From NCBI RefSeq assembly GCF_009914755.1, contig NC_060931.1: a DNA stretch of 64,000 bases; one strand, given 5' to 3'. The position numbers and the translations under genes are program-made. The notes under the pieces are model-generated. The model was not told where the DNA came from, searched no databases, and saw only the letters and a program-made list of their open reading frames with translations. How positions within the stretch are numbered: position 1 is the first letter of the stretch; every line of letters starts with the position of its first letter. This DNA is from the human T2T-CHM13v2.0 reference genome, Homo sapiens. Positions 39,295-51,200 of this stretch are shown in pieces.

Positions 39295-39934
39295 AGCACC
39301 TAACCAATTGTGGTACACATAGGAGGCTCTTGCTTTTGTGTAATAAAATTTGTCTGTAGCTGTATCTACATACCTGAAATCATAAGGCTGGGGCATATTT
39401 TGTTGTAATTCTATAGACATTATTATGTGTCTTTTTTATTCCTTCTTTTGTAGTAAATGTAAAACTGGAAAATATGTTTAGAATTTGTATTTGCTAATGA
39501 CAAAGGAAAGATTTGGGTCCAAAATCTGGTAACGATAATGACAAGGAGAGTCTTATGGTATTTAGTCTTAATGGTATTTACAAATTGATAAAAAGAGATT
39601 CAACTTTATCGGACAAGAAAGTCTCCACTAATCTATTTTTCTATGTTGGGGCATAAACTACAGTATTGCTATAATTATCTTTCTATCCTCTTTCATTAAT
39701 TTCCTATATTAATGATGCACTTTAGTATATTTTTTTTAGCTTTTTGGTAAATTCTCTGTTGAGATATGAAATGAGGCCACCAATGTTGGAAAGATCACTT
39801 AGTTTATGAATTCAAAAACTGTGAATTGGTGATACTACCTTATAATGCTCTTCCAGATGATTTATACCCCTTTTAATTTGCCTCATAATGCCAGAGGCAG
39901 TTTTAGATTTTCAGGATTAAAATTAATATCAGGG

Positions 39935-39936
<2 letters not shown>

Positions 39937-39984
<48 letters not shown>

Positions 39985-39993
39985 ATCTATCTA
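39937..39993 (+). repeat. (TATC)12 ATC TATC tetranucleotide STR
   Basis: Direct count. Confidence 0.95.
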
Positions 39994-40252
39994 AAATATA
40001 TATCTTTTATATACAGTTTTAGCTTATATATATAGCTGGATATAAAACTATAAAAGCTCTATATATTATATATAATATTATAAACAGGATAGAAAGATAT
40101 ATATATCTATAGCTATATATATAATCTGTATAGTTTTATACACAGTTTTAGCTTTTAAGGATTAAAATTAATATCAGGGATTTTATATATATATAAAATA
40201 ATCCATTATATATACATATGTTTCTCTATATATAGACATAATAATCCATCTC

Positions 40253-40258
<6 letters not shown>

Positions 40259-40302
<44 letters not shown>
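40259..40302 (+). repeat. (TG)22 dinucleotide STR
   Basis: Direct count. Confidence 0.95.
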
Positions 40303-40306
<4 letters not shown>

Positions 40307-40706
40307 GGGGTATGTTCTGAAATATATGTTAGAGATAATTTTATTGCTTCTAACACAGAGACCATGGAATCCTAGGAAACTATAAAATTAGTGCATAGTG
40401 TCCACAAATACTTCTCTGCTTGGCACATTGCCTAAGAAACAAATATTAATATCTTTTTCATATGTAGTTTTTCAATGGTACAGAAATCATATTATGATGA
40501 ATAAAATTCATTTCTTAAAACATTACATAATTCATAGCACCATTTTGCTATGTACTTCTGAAGGAATTATAGCAAACTCTTGATATTTGTTACAATGTTT
40601 GTTGTTTAGTATTCTAATGTTTAAATATGTTTTTAAAATGTTATAAGAATTTTTAAAAATAGATTCTAATGCTTGAAAACATGGGCACATTCATGACTTT
40701 TAACAC

Positions 40707-41191
40707 TAGCGATTCTTAAAGTGTGACCAAGCTCCCTGAAATCCCTGAGAAATTTTAGTGAGTTGTATGAAGTCAAAACTATTTTTATAGTAATACTAAG
40801 ACATTATTCACCTTTCTCTCTCTTCTCTCACGCAATTCCAGAGACTCCAAAGAATAAGATATTGCAGCAGATTGAATACAAAAGCAGATATAAGGATACA
40901 GCTGTCTTTTATAAAGACAGATATTAAAGGAATTTGTAAAAACATAAAACAGTGCCATTCTTGCACTAGTATTTTGTCTTAGAAAATTATCTTTATAAAC
41001 ATATCGTTTTATTAACATATTTTGGTTTATTACTATTTTAAATTAATAATGTTTTTAAATTTTCTCAGTTATAATTTCTAATATGGCAAATATAGGTGTA
41101 TAGGTAATACATAAAAACAAAGTTCTTTGGGCTTCTCAGTAATTTTAAAAATATGAAGGGGCTCTAAGACCAAAACACTCCAGGGTTGCTG
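40707..41191. mobile_element. hAT-Charlie non-autonomous element (Charlie1/MER119-like)
   Basis: gtcaaaactatttttatagtaatactaagac; gcagattgaatacaaaagcagata; aaggggctctaagaccaaaa. Confidence 0.75.
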
Positions 41192-42755
41192 TTTCAGCTG
41201 ATGAAATATATTCTCTATCACACTTCTAGAATGAGTACTTGTTTGGTAATTCCTGCTCCAAGAACTTAATTTTCAATGTTTCAATATAAAAAACTCTATA
41301 GTGTTGGTTTTTATAACTCATTGTCCTGTGTAATAATTTATTTGGTAACCTGAGAAAGTAAAAGCTTAATAAGCAGTGTTCTCCCTTTCCTTTTCCAAAA
41401 AGGCAACTCAAGAAGCAATCAAAATTAGACTTTTAGCTATCAATTTTAAAATTTCTTCCATTCCACTAAATATAACTGCCTACAAGAAGAAAGTATTATA
41501 TAGCTAGTTATTTGCTTTACTCCAAATTTATAGAGATTTGAACATAGCTCTCTGGCTAACAATAGCTTAATACTACATTTCATGGTCACACAACTTATTA
41601 TTCATTGGAAGTTCTCTTGACATCAATTTCCACTTACTCTCATGTTCATTAATTCTGTGTATTACTTCAGTTCAACCTAATGGCTAAGAATAGACTAGGT
41701 CAAATGGGTTAAGTTTGCCATTTCTGTGTGTGCGATGATGCTCAATAGCCACAATGACTGCAACTTTGGGCAAGAGAATAAACATGCTGCTGTCCAGGTA
41801 AAGGCAAGAGAAATGAGTTTCACCTTTCAGAAATGTCACTGTCATTAGTTTTCTGAACAAATAAATTATATATCCTTGCTTAATATTTCATTTTACCTTA
41901 TTATATCTCTAGTGCTGCTCATTACAGAGCATGAATAAGAAGCACAGGATGAAGTGCAGATCTGATACACGTTAGGTTCAAGCATGAATGCTGATGAAGA
42001 TAGCCACATGCTAATTACATGTGTGGGAAAGCGATTCTGTAAAATGACATGTTAAAACCATTGCAGTAGCTAAGATTAACAATAGAGACATTACAAAGAA
42101 AAATACAAGGGAGTCACGGGCAGACTCTGGAACACAGTTTTATTTAAGACATGGCAAGTAGTGGAATAATTATGTGCTTATTACTTGACAGTGAATTCCT
42201 TGTGGACAGGGAGTTGCACAGTTTCTAGCATGTCTTCAATACTGAATGAATAAATGAAGGAAATAAGCCATTAGATAAAAGCAGAATAAGGAAAGTAAAG
42301 TTATACAGCAGTTAAGAGAATACTTTTTATAAAAACTGAGGGTGAGAAGCAAGTAAGATTAATCAATATTATTCATTGGTGCTGAGAAGTTATGCCAAAT
42401 GAGCACTACTAAAAATATTTTTGGATATGGCTCTAAAGAGTCTGTGGCTGGAGCAAAATGTTTTCAATAGAGTGGTGTGGAGTTTGAAGACAACTGAGAG
42501 TAGTAAGTGGCAAGCTGACTATAAGGAAAATGTATGTGATTATACGGTGAATAAACATTCTTTTAAGAATTTTGGTGGAACAAAGTAGAGAAAAGCAACA
42601 GCAACTTATGTATGTATGTAGCAGGTACATGTAATTCTTAGATGCTTTTCTTTCAAATTTTTAGAATGAAAGAACAACCTTTTCAGTTACAATTAAAAAT
42701 TAGGAATACCGAAAAAAAGAGAATGGAATGGCATAATGTATTTCAAAGTATTTTC

Positions 42756-43099
<344 letters not shown>

Positions 43100-44739
43100 T
43101 GAAGCTCAAATTTTAAAACGTGCGTATAATTATTTCAGGTGTTTTGTACACTTCTGTAATTACTAAGATATGTTTTCTCAGTTTTCTGGTCTGTGACTCA
43201 ACTAATGCTAAATTATGGCAATTTGGGGAGTAATCAGATTCATCCTCAACCACACAGACCTAATCTGGGTCATCACTGTACCTTTGTGAAGTTTATTGCT
43301 ATTGTTACAATTTATAAGGAAGGAAACAGAAACTAGCTCTCTTTTTCTTTTTCCTTTTTTATTTTTGTTCTATCTCTTTAGAGTCTTCAAAGAGTTTGAA
43401 TAGAGGAAGAAAAAACAAAGTAGGATATTTCTTTCATCTGTATTCTTAGATGTAATTTTTTTTTTTTTCAATTTCAGAAGTTTTAGAAGGAGGAGATGGG
43501 CAAGGAGAAAAACATCAGGAAAGAGAGAGAGAAAGAGTCACACACATAATTTCACACACTGCTGTGGCTCACTGGCACCATGGAGTATTCAGGGTGTCAA
43601 TTAATATGAATATTATTTGGTGTATTAGATACCAAGTAGAGTTAATTGCAAAAGGTCTTAATTGATCACAATGTACTATTTATTCTCTCTCAAATTGCAC
43701 AGAAAATGCATGTATTCTCTTCCCCTGACTTTTGGAATGCTTTGATGTCACTAAGGATAACTTCAGTTTTACAAGGAAGACTCTTGACTCATAAATTATT
43801 CATTCTTTATATAATCGCCTGGGAACATTTCTTTATTGTCTTAACCATTCATTGCTTAGCACACAGTTTTAAGCAGAGGAATAAAGTCATATTTGTAAAA
43901 TAGGTAAACTTTAATTTCTTGGGGGAGCCATAAAATAATATGGTGGATAATTAGCTGAAATATTCAGCTTTAAAAATACGTTCTGCTCTACAGTATATAT
44001 TTTGATCTGCTAATTTGCAAAACAATTTTGGTAGTTAGATATAAAATTTATATTTATCCCCATTACATTTATTCTGTTCATTTAATTCAGTTCATAAACA
44101 TTTTATTTGCTTTTCCGTAACTTGATTCTCTAATGTAACATGTGAGTCGTTTGAGTCGGATTTGGTACGTCACACTGAGATATTGACGAAAGTGACAAAA
44201 GAGTCTAGCGTAGGCTACAGAATATTTGAACAGTTGGGAAGGACCCACTAAACAGGAGTCTTAGCTCATGGCCATTCTGCCATTTATGAACTTAAATAAC
44301 TGTACTATCAACTGCTTACTTCTGCAGTTTGTTCTTAAACCCACCAGAGGAGATGTTCACAAATAAAATATTAATAACTATATTAATTTTCTCTGCAGTA
44401 AGCTGTCAGACATAGCAGCAGCAGCGGTTAAGAGGAGGGATTGGCTCCAACTTTGAAACTAGTTAGCAGTGTAGCCTGGCACGAATAGATGTTGGCATCG
44501 CTGGTCACAGCAGACAAATTATAGGATGTGAAAGTATATAAATGACATGGAAAATAAGGCTTAAAAAGTCTACTAAAGTCCCTGCTAATTGTTCATTCCT
44601 AGAAAGTGACAAATTAGAAAATTACCCAATATGACTCTGTCCTTAATGGTGCATCTCTATCTGTGGGTGATGCAGTCTTTCATTTAAAAAATGAGAGAAA
44701 GAGAATAAAAGCTTCTACCTCTCTCTCCATAGCCTTGTT

Positions 44740-44933
44740 CTTTTAATTTAATTTTTGATTGTCCAAAAGAGTGCATGTATTTATCAGGTATAACATGGCG
44801 TTTTGAAATATGGTGAAATACAATGGAATGGCTAAATTTACATAACTGACACATGGATGACCTCACAAACATCATTTTTTTGTAGTGAAAACATGTAAAA
44901 TCTACTCTTTTAGCAATTTTCAAGGACAGAACA
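44740..44933 (-). mobile_element. L1MA (MA6-8-like) 3' end, copy 1
   Basis: gttttgaaata...tggaatggctaaatt...aaaatctactcttttagcaattttcaag. Confidence 0.85.
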
Positions 44934-47348
44934 CAGGCATACCTTGGAGATATTGCAAGTTAGTTCCAGATCACAGCATTATAATGAAATCACATACTTT
45001 TTAAAATTTCTCAAAGCATATAAAAACTATGTTTACACTACACTGTCATCTATTAAGTGTGCAATAGCATTATGTCTAAAAAATGCACCTACCTTAATTA
45101 AAAAATACTTTATTTTAAAAAAACGCTAATGGTCATCTAAGCCTTCAGTGAAACATAATCTTTTCCGCTGATGAAGGGTCTTGCCTCTATGTCGATGGCT
45201 GCTGACTGATCAGGGTGGTGGCTGCTGAAGGCTGAGATGGCTGTAGCCATTTTTAAAAATAAAACAATGGAGTTTGCCACATCGATTGACTCTTCCTTTC
45301 ACAAAAGATTTCTCTGTAGCTAGCAATGCTGTTTGATAGCATTCTACCCACAGTAGATGCTCTTTCAAAATTAGAAGTAATCCTCTCAAACCCTGCCTTT
45401 TATTTATCAACTAAGTTTATGATATATTCTAAATCCTTTGTTGTCATTTTAATAACATTCACAGCATCTTCACCGGGAGTACATTCTATCTCAAGAAACT
45501 ATTTTCTTTGCTCATCTGTAAGAAGCAGCTACTCATCCTTTTGGGTTTGATCATGAAATTGAAGCCATTTATTCATATCTTCAGGCTTCACTTTTAATTC
45601 TAGTTTTTTTGCTGTTTTCATCACATCTGCAGTTACTTCCTCCACTAAAGTTTTGAAGTCCTCCAAAAATTATCCATGAGGGTTGCAATCTACTTCTTTC
45701 AAACTCCTGTTAATATTGACATTTTGACTTTCCCCCAAGAATCATGATTAATTTTAATGGCATCTAGACTGGTGATGCCATATACTTTCCAGAAGGTTGT
45801 CAATTTACCTTGCTCACATCAATCAGAGGAATCAGTATCTATAGTAACAATAGCCTTACAAAATGTATTTCTTAAATAATAAGGCTTGAGTGTCAAAATT
45901 ACTACTTAATACATGGGCTGCAGACTGGATGTTATGTTAGCAAGCATGAAAACAACATTAATCTCTTTGCACATCTCTATCAAAGCCCTTGGGTGACTAG
46001 GCACATCATCAACGACCAGTAATATTTTGAAAGGAATCTTCTGAGAAGTAGGTCTCATCAGTGGGCTTAAAATATACAATAAGCCATGCTGTAAACAAAT
46101 GTGCTGTCATCCAGGCTTTGTTGTTCCATTTATAGAGCCCAGAGTTGATTCTGCATAATTCTGAAGGGACCTGGGATTTTCAGGATGGCAAATGAGAATT
46201 GGCTTCGGCTTAAAGTCACCAGCTGCATTAGCCCCTTACAAGAGAGTCAGCCTGTCCTTGGAAGCTTTGAAGCCAGTCATTGGCTTCTCTCTAGCGAGAA
46301 AAGTCCTAGATGGCATCTTCTTCCAATAGAAGGCTATATGGTCTACATTGAAAATCTGTTGTTTAGTGTAGCTACCTTCATCAATGATCTTAGTTAGAGC
46401 TTCTGAATAACTTGCTGCAGCTTCTACGTAACACTTAACTGCTTCACCTTGCACTTTCATGTTATGAAGATGGCCTCTTTCCTTAAACTCATGAACCAAC
46501 ATCTGCTAGCTTTGAGCTTTTCTTCTGCAGCTTCCTCCCTTTCTCAGCCTTCATAGCCTAATCTCATCTGGATTAGATTTTGGCTTAAGGGAATGTTGTG
46601 GCTGGTTTGATCTTCTATCCAGACCACAAAGCTTTCTTCATATCGCCAATAAGGCTATTTTGCTTAATCATTCATGTGTCCCCTGAAGTAGTGCTTTTAA
46701 TTTCCTTCAAGAACTTTTCCTTTGCATTCACAACTGGTATTAATTAGGAAATACTTTATTGCTAAAAAATGCTAATGGTCATCTAAGCCTTCAGTGAATC
46801 ATAATTTTTTCTGCTAATGAAGGGTCTTGCCTCTATGTTGATGGCATACCTCAGCTTTCACCGTGCCTCACTAAGCTTAATCATTTCTAGCTTTTGATTT
46901 AAGGTGAGAGGTATGCAACTCTTTCTTTCACTTGAACACTTAGAGGCCATTGTAGGGTTATTAATTGGGCTAACTTCAATATCATTGTGTCTTAAGGAAT
47001 AGATTAGCCCAAAAAAATTAGGGAGAGAGATGGAGGAATGCCCAGCTCGTGGATCCATCAGAATGCACACATTTATCAAGTTCACTGTCTTATATGGGCA
47101 TGGTTCCTGGCACCCCAAATAAATTACAATAATAACATCAAAAATGACTGATCCCATAACATATAATAATAAGGAATCAGTTGAAATAGTTCAAGAATTA
47201 CCAAAATGTGACACGGAGATACCAACGCTGTTGGAAAACGGTGCCAATAGTTTGCTTGATGCTGGTTGCCACATATGTTTAATTTGTAAAATAATACAAT
47301 ACCTGCAAAACACAAGAAACCAAAGGGTGATAAATGGAGGCATGCTTG
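44934..47348 (-). mobile_element. Full-length Tigger1 (pogo/Tc1-mariner) with decayed transposase
   Basis: TIRs caggcatacct / aggcatgcttg; ~2.4 kb; minus ORFs contain SERKSCIPLTLNQKLEMIKLSE (HTH N-terminus) and [33 protein letters not shown] (DDE_1). Confidence 0.95.
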
Positions 47349-47635
47349 TATTTTAATTGACAAAAAAATTATATATACTTATCATGTACAACTTGATGTT
47401 TTGAAATACATATACATTGTGGAATGGCTAAATTGAGTTAATTAACATATTCATTAGCTTACATACTTATATTTTTGTGGTGAGAACACTTAAAATCTAC
47501 TCTCTTAGTGATTTTCAAGAATAAAATACATTGTTATCAAGTATAGTCATTATATTGTACAATAAATCTTTTGAATTTATTTTTCTTATTTAACCGAAGT
47601 GTTGTATCCTTTGACTAACATCTTCCCGACCACGT
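47349..47635 (-). mobile_element. L1MA (MA6-8-like) 3' end, copy 2 (longer)
   Basis: ttttaattgac...tggaatggctaaattgag...aaaatctactctcttag...tgtatcctttgactaacatc. Confidence 0.88.
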
Positions 47636-48274
47636 CCTTGTTTTTTTATTTTATTTTATTTTTTATTTTTTCAGGTTTCACCTTTTACTCAGCATTCAGA
47701 ATGCATGTATACTGGGTAATCTTATGGTGAATTTTCAGGATGGTAAATGAGCATTGGCTCTGACTTAAAATCACGAGTTGCATTAGCCCCTTACAAGACA
47801 GTCAGCCTCTACCCAAAGCCAATAATAAGAATTTATTTCTATGAGGTTTCTGGCTCTGGTTTTACTCTCAGATGATCCTTTCAGTTCTCCCTCTTCACCA
47901 CACACTGTGGGGTCAGTGTTAGCCCATGGCCACCCCCACCATTACCCCTGGAAACAGAGCTTGCTTTAGGTCTTCCAGGACTCTGTTTATCTGGAAGGAG
48001 AGTTTGGGCAAGTATACTCAGGGAAGAGAGAGCAGGATGAGGAGAAGATTTAAAACCCCCTCAATAGCGACTGGATACACTAGAGAATGTGGAGGGATTC
48101 ACAGTAACTCTCTAACAAATATAACATGAAAATATTAGAAATTTAGAAAAACTCTTTAGATTTGTATGTTCCAGTAGAGATATGATAGGTTTCCACTCTT
48201 TGTTTTCTAATTTTATGAAGATGTTTTGGAAGAATATGAAAGCACCATGTCAACCATGGTTGACATTTAGTACT

Positions 48275-51200
48275 TTTTTAAAATTTATTTTTATTTCAAT
48301 AGGTTTTTAGGGAACAGGTGGTATTTGATTACATGAATAAGTTCTTTAGTGGTGACTTCTGAGATTCTGGTGCACCTATCACTCAAGTAGTGTACATTGT
48401 ACCCAATGTGTATTCTTTTCTCCCTCACCACCCTTCCACCCTTTCCCCCGAGTGCCCAAAGTCCATTGTATCATTCTTATGCCTTTGCATCCTCATAGCT
48501 TAGCGCCCACTTATGAATGAGAACCTATGATGTTTCATTTTCCATTCCTGAGTTACTTTACTTAGAATAATAGTCTCCAATTTCATCCAAGTTGCTGTGA
48601 ATTCCATTATTTTATTCCTTTTTATGGCTGAGTAGTATTCCATTATATATAAACACACATGTATATACACATATATATACACACCACATTTTCTTTATCC
48701 ATTCATTGACTGATGGGCATTTTGTAGATCAACTAGTAGTGGGATTGACGCATCAAATGGTAGCTCTACTTTTAGTTCTTTAAGAAATCTCCACACTGTT
48801 TTCCATAGTGGTTGTACTAGTTCACATTTTCACCAGCAGTATTAAAAATGTTCCCTTTTCACCACATCCACACCAACATCTATTTTTTTTATTATGGCCA
48901 TTCTTTCAGGAGTAAGGTGGTATCACATTGTGGTTTTTATTTGCGTTTCCCTGATCATTAGTAATGTTGAGTATTTTTCTAGATGCTTGGTGGCCATTTG
49001 TATATCTTGTTTTGAGAATTGTCTGTTCATGTCTTTAGCCCACTTTTTGATGGGATTGTTTGTTTTTTCTTACTGATTTGTTTGAATTCGTTGTAGATTC
49101 TGAATACTAGTCCTTTGTTTGATGTATAGATTGTGAAGACTTTCTCCAACTCTGTGTGTTGTATATTAATTCTGCTATTTCTTTTGCTGTGCAGAAGCTT
49201 TTTAGTTTAATTAAATCCCATCTATTTATCTTTCTTTGTGTTGCATTTGCTGTTGGGTTCTTTGTCATGAAGTCTTTGCCTAAGCCAATGCCTAGAAGGG
49301 TTTTTTTATGTTATCTTCTAGAATTTTTATGGTTTTAGGTCTTAGATTTAAGTCTTTGACGCATCTTGAGTTGATTTTTGTGTAAGGAGAGAGATCAGAA
49401 TCTGGTTTCATTCCTCTACACATGACATGCCAATTAGCCCAGCAATATTTGTTGAATAGGGTGTCTTTTTCCCCACTTTATGTTTTTGTTTGCTTTGTTG
49501 AAGATCAGTTGTCTGTTAGTATTTGGGTTTATTTCTGGATTCTCTATTCTGTTGCATTGGTCTATATGTCTATTTTTGTACCAGTACCATGTTGTTTTGT
49601 ACCAGTACCATGTGTAGTTTGAAGTCGGGTAATGTGATGCCTGCAGATTTGTTCTTTTTGCTTGATCTTGCTTTGGCTCTTTTTGGGTTTCATATGATTT
49701 TTAGGATTGTTTTTTCCAGTTCTGTGAAGAATAATGGTGGTATTTTAATGGGAATTACATTGAATTTGTAAATTGCTTTTGGCAATATGGTCATTTTCAC
49801 AATATTGATTCTACTCATCCATGGGCATGGAATGTATTTCCATTTGTTTGTGTCATCAATGATTTCTTTCAGCAGTGTTTTGTAGTTTTCCTTTTAGAGA
49901 TCTTTCACTTCCTTGGTTAGGTATATTCCTACGTATTTTATTATTATTATTTTGCAGCTATTGTAAAAGGGGTTGTGTTCTTGATTTGATTCTCAGCTTA
50001 GTTGCTGTTGGTGTATAGCAGAGCTACTGATTTGTGTACATTAATTTTGTATTCTGAAAGTTTTCTGAATTCATTTACCAGTTCTAGGAGCTTTTTGGAG
50101 GCTTCTTTAGGTTTTCTAGGTAGACAATCACGTCATCAGCAAACAGCGACAGTTTGACTTTCTCTTTACTGATTTGGATGCTCTTTATCTCCTTCCCTTG
50201 TCTGATTGCTCTGCCTAGAACTTCCAGTACTGTGTTGAATAAAAGTGGTGAAAGTGGGTGTCCTTGTCTTGTTCCAGTTCTGAGGGGGAATGCTTTTAAC
50301 TTTTCCCTGTTCAGTATAATGTTGGCTGTGGGTTTTTCATAGATGGCTTTTATTACTTAAAGTTTGTCTCTTCTATGCCGATTTTTCTGGGGTTTTAATC
50401 ATGAAGGGATGCTGAATTTTGTCAAATGCTTTTTCTGTGATTATTGAGATGATCATGTAATTTTTGTTTTTAATTCTGTTTATGTGGTATATCACATTTA
50501 TTGACTTGTAAATGTTAAACCATCCCTGCATCCCTGGTATGAAACCCACTTAATCATGGTGCATTATCTTTTTTATATGCTGTTGGATTGGTTAGCTAGT
50601 ATTTTGTTGAGGATTTTTGGATCTATATTCATCCGGGATATTGGCCTGCAGTTTTCACTTTTTGTTATCTCCTTCCCTGGTTTTGGTACTATGGTGATAC
50701 TGGCTTCATATAATGATTTAGGGAGGATTTTGTCTTTCTCTATCATGTAGAATAGTGCCAACAGAATTGGTACCAATTCTCTGAATGCCTGACAGAATTC
50801 AGCTGTGAATCCATCTGGTCCTGGATTTTTTTGGTTGGCAATTTTTTAATTACCATTTAAATCTCATTGCTTGTTATTGGTCTGTTCAGAGATTCTCTAT
50901 CTTCCTGGTTTAATCTAGGAGAGTTGTATATTTCCAGGAACTGTTGCATCTCCTCTAGGTTTTCTAGTTTATGTGTGTAAAGGTGTTCATGGTAGCCTTG
51001 CATAATTTTTTGTATTTCTGTTGTATCAGTTGTAATATCTCCCATTTTGTTTCTAATTGAGCTTATTTGGATCGTCTTTCTTCTTTTCCTGGTTAATCTC
51101 ACTAATGGTTTATCAACTTTATTTATCTCTTCAAAGAACCAGCTTTTTGTTTCATTTACCTTTTGTATTTTTTTGTTGTTATTGTTTCAGTTTCATTTAG

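Noticed and set aside
34440-40302. Direct repeats as a CRISPR-like array
   Set aside because: Only two or three irregularly spaced copies in eukaryotic repeat context; no regular repeat-spacer pattern or cas genes.
45210-47157. Tigger1 transposase as an active or domesticated TIGD-like gene
   Set aside because: Fragmented into short pieces and interrupted by a 106-bp insertion.
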